Of a stretch of 64,000 nucleotides of DNA, positions 60,405 to 64,000 are shown piece by piece; the stretch's first letter is position 1; each line of letters opens with the position of its first letter. The notes under the pieces are model-generated. The model did not search any database, was not told where the DNA came from, and saw nothing but the letters and a program-made list of their open reading frames with translations. The translations under genes were made by a program, and so were the position numbers. This stretch comes from Oceanicaulis sp. HLUCCA04 (GTDB lineage: Bacteria; Pseudomonadota; Alphaproteobacteria; Caulobacterales; Maricaulaceae): the NCBI GenBank assembly GCA_001314625.1, contig LJSH01000003.1, forward strand, positions 171,454-235,453, given 5' to 3'.

Positions 60405-61223
60405 TCAAGCGTAAGCGGTCTCAGACCCCGCAGCAAGCAGCCCAGCAATGGTTTCAATGTCGCGTATAGCCGTTGTGCCGGGGGCAAACGTTCTCAACGC
60501 TGTCTGCGCGCGGATGGCTTTGGGCACATTAGGGTCGCGCCTGATGATCCCGGCCAGCGGCGGGCGGAAGCCCAGGAAGCTTTCGCAGGTGCGCGCAAAA
60601 GAGGCATAGGCCATCTCCGCGCTCGCCTTGTCCGGCGCGTTATTGATGATGATGAAGGGCGCAGCGCCCTCATCCCTCAGTCTCAGCAGCTTCACGAACG
60701 CATAGGCATCGGTGAGCGAGGTCGGTTCATCGGACATGACCAGCACTACATCATCGGCGGCGGCGGCAAGGCGGATGGTGGCGCGGTCGGCGCCTGCGGC
60801 CAGATCGATCAGCGAGCGGTCATAGGTCATGGAGGCGGCGGCTATGCCGGCGGCGAGGCGCGCCGCACCGGCTGTATCAAGCCCTGCCAGAGCGGCGGAG
60901 CCGGAGCGCCCGGCAATCACGTCAAACCCGCCGGTCAGGTCCGCGCCGCCCGCGACGCACGACACGGCTTCGGCCAACGAAATCTGCCCGGACATGACAC
61001 CGGAAAGATCACCGCGCGGATCGAGCCCCAGCTGCACATCGATATTGGCCATGCCCAGATCGCCATCGACCAGAAGCGTGCGCTCCTGGCGGGCCGCAAA
61101 GGCGCTGGCCAGCGCCCCGGCGACCACCGTCTTGCCGACCCCGCCCTTGCCCGAGGCGATGGCGAGGAGTGAACCGGCCTTGCGCGGCTGGTCGGTCAGG
61201 GCGGTGCCAAAATACTGTTTCAT
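60405..61223 (-). CDS. flhG: MinD/FlhG (FleN) family ATPase
   Basis: IASGKGGVGKT, VDGDLGMANIDVQLG, IDLAAG, EPTSLTDAYA; directly after an flhF-like gene. Confidence 0.82.
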   Translation of the reverse strand: MKQYFGTALTDQPRKAGSLLAIASGKGGVGKTVVAGALASAFAARQERTLLVDGDLGMANIDVQLGLDPRGDLSGVMSGQISLAEAVSCVAGGADLTGGFDVIAGRSGSAALAGLDTAGAARLAAGIAAASMTYDRSLIDLAAGADRATIRLAAAADDVVLVMSDEPTSLTDAYAFVKLLRLRDEGAAPFIIINNAPDKASAEMAYASFARTCESFLGFRPPLAGIIRRDPNVPKAIRAQTALRTFAPGTTAIRDIETIAGLLAAGSETAYA

Positions 61224-62227
61224 GATGCGGCCTCCTCAGGCCCGTCGTCGGTGAGGTCGTCGTGAGGGTCTTCCAGCAGGGCGCGCGCCAGCCGCAAGGG
61301 CGTGGCCGGGGCAAGGCCCGATCCGATAAAGGGCGAGGCGGCGATATGCGCGTAGGAGAGGCCTGCCTCTCCGGCGGCCAGCACCGTGCCCAGACGCCGG
61401 GCAATATCGAGGCGGGTGAAGATTACGCGTGCCGCGCCGATGGAGGTGAAGAGCGCGGCGGCATCTTCTGCATCGGCGGGTATTTGACCGGCCTCCATCA
61501 CCGCGATGATCTCTGCGTCGGCAGTGGCGGCAAGGTATGTCAGGCTTTCCAGCGCATCGAGATCAAACGGGTTGATCCCGCCCGTATCGATGAAGACCGG
61601 GCGGCCGTTTGCGCCGTCCAGCACCATGTCCAGCTCGTGCGCACCCGGCGCGGCTTCGAAATCGAGCTGCAGGGCCTTCGCATAGGTTGCCATCTGGGCG
61701 GCTGCGCCTGCGCGCTGGTCGCAAGAGACCAGAAGCGGGGTTACGCCTTGTGCCGCAGCGCGCGCCGCGAGGCGCGCCATGACAGAGGATTTGCCGGCCC
61801 CCGGCGCGCCGGCAAACAGGATCGGCCGGGCCGGACTGATCTCGACGGGGTGGACCGCGTAGCGCGCGTCCAGCGCATGGGCGAGCGTGGCGGTGGACTC
61901 AGAGTCTTCCAGATTGATGGCCGCGTCCATGATGGCTTCGGCGGCGCTGTCAGGCACTTCATGCCAGGCGAGTGCGCGGGCGATACGCGTCAGCCCGTCG
62001 GCATGGTCCCCGCGCCCGCGTGCGCGCTGGGCTTCGCGGCGTTTGGTCGCCAGTGCAGGCGAGTCCTTGGCCGGTTGCACCGCACCTTCCTCGGCGGCGG
62101 CGCGCACGCTGACTGCGCCGTCGGCCTGTTCCTGTGTGGCGACGATGATCGCGTCCGGTCCGAGCTCCCGGCGCACCTGCGCCATGGCTTCGCTGATCGA
62201 GGCAGCGGTGAAGGTGCGAAGGCGCAT
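61220..62227 (-). CDS. flhF: FlhF-like SRP-family GTPase (divergent)
   Basis: MRLRTF.A.S..EAMAQVRRELGPDAII N-terminus; GAPGAGKS, IDTGG, FTRLD; located between flhA and flhG. Confidence 0.75.
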   Translation of the reverse strand: MRLRTFTAASISEAMAQVRRELGPDAIIVATQEQADGAVSVRAAAEEGAVQPAKDSPALATKRREAQRARGRGDHADGLTRIARALAWHEVPDSAAEAIMDAAINLEDSESTATLAHALDARYAVHPVEISPARPILFAGAPGAGKSSVMARLAARAAAQGVTPLLVSCDQRAGAAAQMATYAKALQLDFEAAPGAHELDMVLDGANGRPVFIDTGGINPFDLDALESLTYLAATADAEIIAVMEAGQIPADAEDAAALFTSIGAARVIFTRLDIARRLGTVLAAGEAGLSYAHIAASPFIGSGLAPATPLRLARALLEDPHDDLTDDGPEEAAS

Positions 62228-62241
62228 GGCTCAACCCTTCC

Positions 62242-64000
62242 CTAGATCGAGCCCACGGTTTTCAGCCGCGCGCTGGGGTGGATCTCGTTCTGGCTCATGA
62301 CCACTGTAGAAGGACGGAAGCGCTCGGTCAGGGAGCGCACATAGGGGCGCACAGCCGGGCTGGTCAGCAGCACAGGCACGTCGCCTGATGCGCCGGCCCG
62401 GTCGAAGGCATCGCGCACGGCGGCCACGAAATCACGCAGGCGCGTCGGGGCGAGGGCCAGCTGGCGGCGGTCGCCATCGCCAATCATCGCCTCGGCAAAG
62501 GCCTGCTCCCATTGCGGCGACAGGCTCAGCACCGGCAGCGCGCCATCGGGTCCGCGATTGGCAAAGCAGAGCTGGCGGGCCAGCCGGTTGCGCACATGCT
62601 CGGTAATGGCATCGAGATTTTGTGTGGCGCCGGAGGCCTCTGCGATGCCCTCGATAATGCCGGCCAGATCGCGGATCGAGACCCGCTCTTTGAGCAGGTT
62701 CTGCAGGACGCGCTGAATGCCTGCGCGGGTGATCTGTCCGGGCGTGATGTCGTCCAACAGCTTCTTGTGCTCCTTGGACAGGCCGTCGAGCAGTTTTTCG
62801 ACTTCCGAATAGGACAAGAGATCGGCCAGATGCTCGCGCAGGAGTTCCGTCAGATGGGTGACCAGCACGGCGGCCGGATCGACAATAGTATAGCCGCGGA
62901 AAGTGGCTTCCTCGCGGGCATTTTCCTCGATCCAGGTGGCGGGCAGGCCGAAGGCGGGTTCCTTCACGTGCGTGCCGGGCATCGAGACCTGTTGGCCAGC
63001 CGGGTCCATGACGAGCAGATGGCGCATTTTCAGCTGGCCGGCACCGGCCTCCATCTCCTTTATGCGGATCACATAGTCTTCGGCGGTCAGCTGCATATTG
63101 TCGATAATGCGCACGCTGGGCAGGACGAAGCCGGTATCTTGCGCCAGATTGCGCCGCAGCGCCTTGATCTGGTCGGTCAGGCGGCGCCCCTCGACATCGT
63201 TGATGAGGGGCAGGAGCGCATAGCCCAGCTCGATCTTCAGCTCGTCGATATGCAGTGAGTCCTCGATCGGCGCTTCGGTCTGCTTTCGCGCTTCGAGCGC
63301 TTCGGTCTCGATGCTGGCGGCGGCCCGCTCGGCGGTTTGCACCTTTCGCCGGTTCATCACGAAAGCCGTGGCGCCCGCCCCTGCGGCCAGAACCGCGAAG
63401 GGAATGAGCGGCATACCGGGCAACAGGCCGATGGAAATGGCGGCTGCCGACACCAACGCCATGCTGGTCGGGTTGGCGGCGAGCTGGCCGAACACGGCCT
63501 TGTCGGCTTCGCCTTCTACGCCTGCCTTGGAGACCAGCAGACCGGCGGCCAGCGACACGATGAGCGCCGGGATCTGCGAGACCAGACCGTCCCCGATGGT
63601 CAGCGTGGAATAGGTCGAGGCGGCATCGCCGAACGCCATGTCGGACTGCGCCACGCCGATAATCATGCCGCCGATCAGGTTGATCGAGGTGATCAGAATG
63701 CCGGCTACGGCGTCGCCGCGCACGAACTTGCTGGCACCGTCCATGGCGCCGAAGAAGTTGGACTTGTCTTCCAGCTCCTTGCGGCGGGTGCGAGCCTCGT
63801 CCTCGCTGATCAGGCCGGCCGAAAGGTCGGCATCAATGGCCATCTGCTTGCCGGGCATGGCGTCGAGGGTGAAGCGGGCGGCGACTTCGGCGATCCGGCC
63901 CGAGCCCTTGGTGATGACGATGAAGTTCACGATCACCAGAATGATGAAGACGATGATGCCGATAACGAAATTGCCCTGCATCACAAACGCGCCGAACGCC
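62242..64000 (-). CDS. flhA: Flagellar export gate protein FlhA (5' part beyond window end)
   Basis: ITKGSGRIAEVAARFTLDAMPGKQMAIDADL, FFGAMDGASKFVRGDA, LTIGDGLVSQIP. Confidence 0.97.
   Translation of the reverse strand, partial: AFGAFVMQGNFVIGIIVFIILVIVNFIVITKGSGRIAEVAARFTLDAMPGKQMAIDADLSAGLISEDEARTRRKELEDKSNFFGAMDGASKFVRGDAVAGILITSINLIGGMIIGVAQSDMAFGDAASTYSTLTIGDGLVSQIPALIVSLAAGLLVSKAGVEGEADKAVFGQLAANPTSMALVSAAAISIGLLPGMPLIPFAVLAAGAGATAFVMNRRKVQTAERAAASIETEALEARKQTEAPIEDSLHIDELKIELGYALLPLINDVEGRRLTDQIKALRRNLAQDTGFVLPSVRIIDNMQLTAEDYVIRIKEMEAGAGQLKMRHLLVMDPAGQQVSMPGTHVKEPAFGLPATWIEENAREEATFRGYTIVDPAAVLVTHLTELLREHLADLLSYSEVEKLLDGLSKEHKKLLDDITPGQITRAGIQRVLQNLLKERVSIRDLAGIIEGIAEASGATQNLDAITEHVRNRLARQLCFANRGPDGALPVLSLSPQWEQAFAEAMIGDGDRRQLALAPTRLRDFVAAVRDAFDRAGASGDVPVLLTSPAVRPYVRSLTERFRPSTVVMSQNEIHPSARLKTVGSI

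Noticed and set aside
1-64000. tRNA, rRNA, IS transposase, RAYT, integrase or prophage genes
   Set aside because: None recognisable by eye. A tRNAscan/Rfam/HMM scan would be needed to exclude small or divergent ones.

Overview
GC-rich alphaproteobacterial chromosome segment. Caulobacterales/Maricaulaceae-like origin is inferred from ctrA/chpT and the Xanthomonas/Maricaulis-type argF'-argB(NAGS/K) genes. It is mostly core genome: an acetylated arginine pathway (argF'-argB-argC), msrA, an Oar-like TonB receptor, a tight aguA-serine hydrolase-aguB-GNAT/nitrilase operon, ubiG-rodZ-ptsP-lysC/ispG, sdhCDAB, LOG-prfA-prmC-DUF4167-clpB, chpT-cheAWYBR, ctrA, fliIJ, a heme-type TonB receptor with DUF6607, and flhG-flhF-flhA. 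I recognised no rRNA, tRNA, CRISPR array or transposase. The most notable unexplained features are: (1) about 14 copies of a GC-rich palindromic REP-like repeat arranged as inverted doublets with conserved linkers, one of which encloses what looks like the C-terminal remnant (EWRDLYPEL) of a GIY-YIG nuclease gene; (2) CGTC-tagged repeat doublets bracketing LOG-prfA in inverted orientation; (3) a polyamine operon with a YhcX-like GNAT-amidohydrolase fusion of unknown function; (4) an AT-rich DUF6680-like gene split by a one-base shift in an A-run; (5) a structured 5' leader of the DUF4167 gene; (6) a 59-aa membrane protein missed by the ORF track. All family assignments come from motif recognition without database searches.
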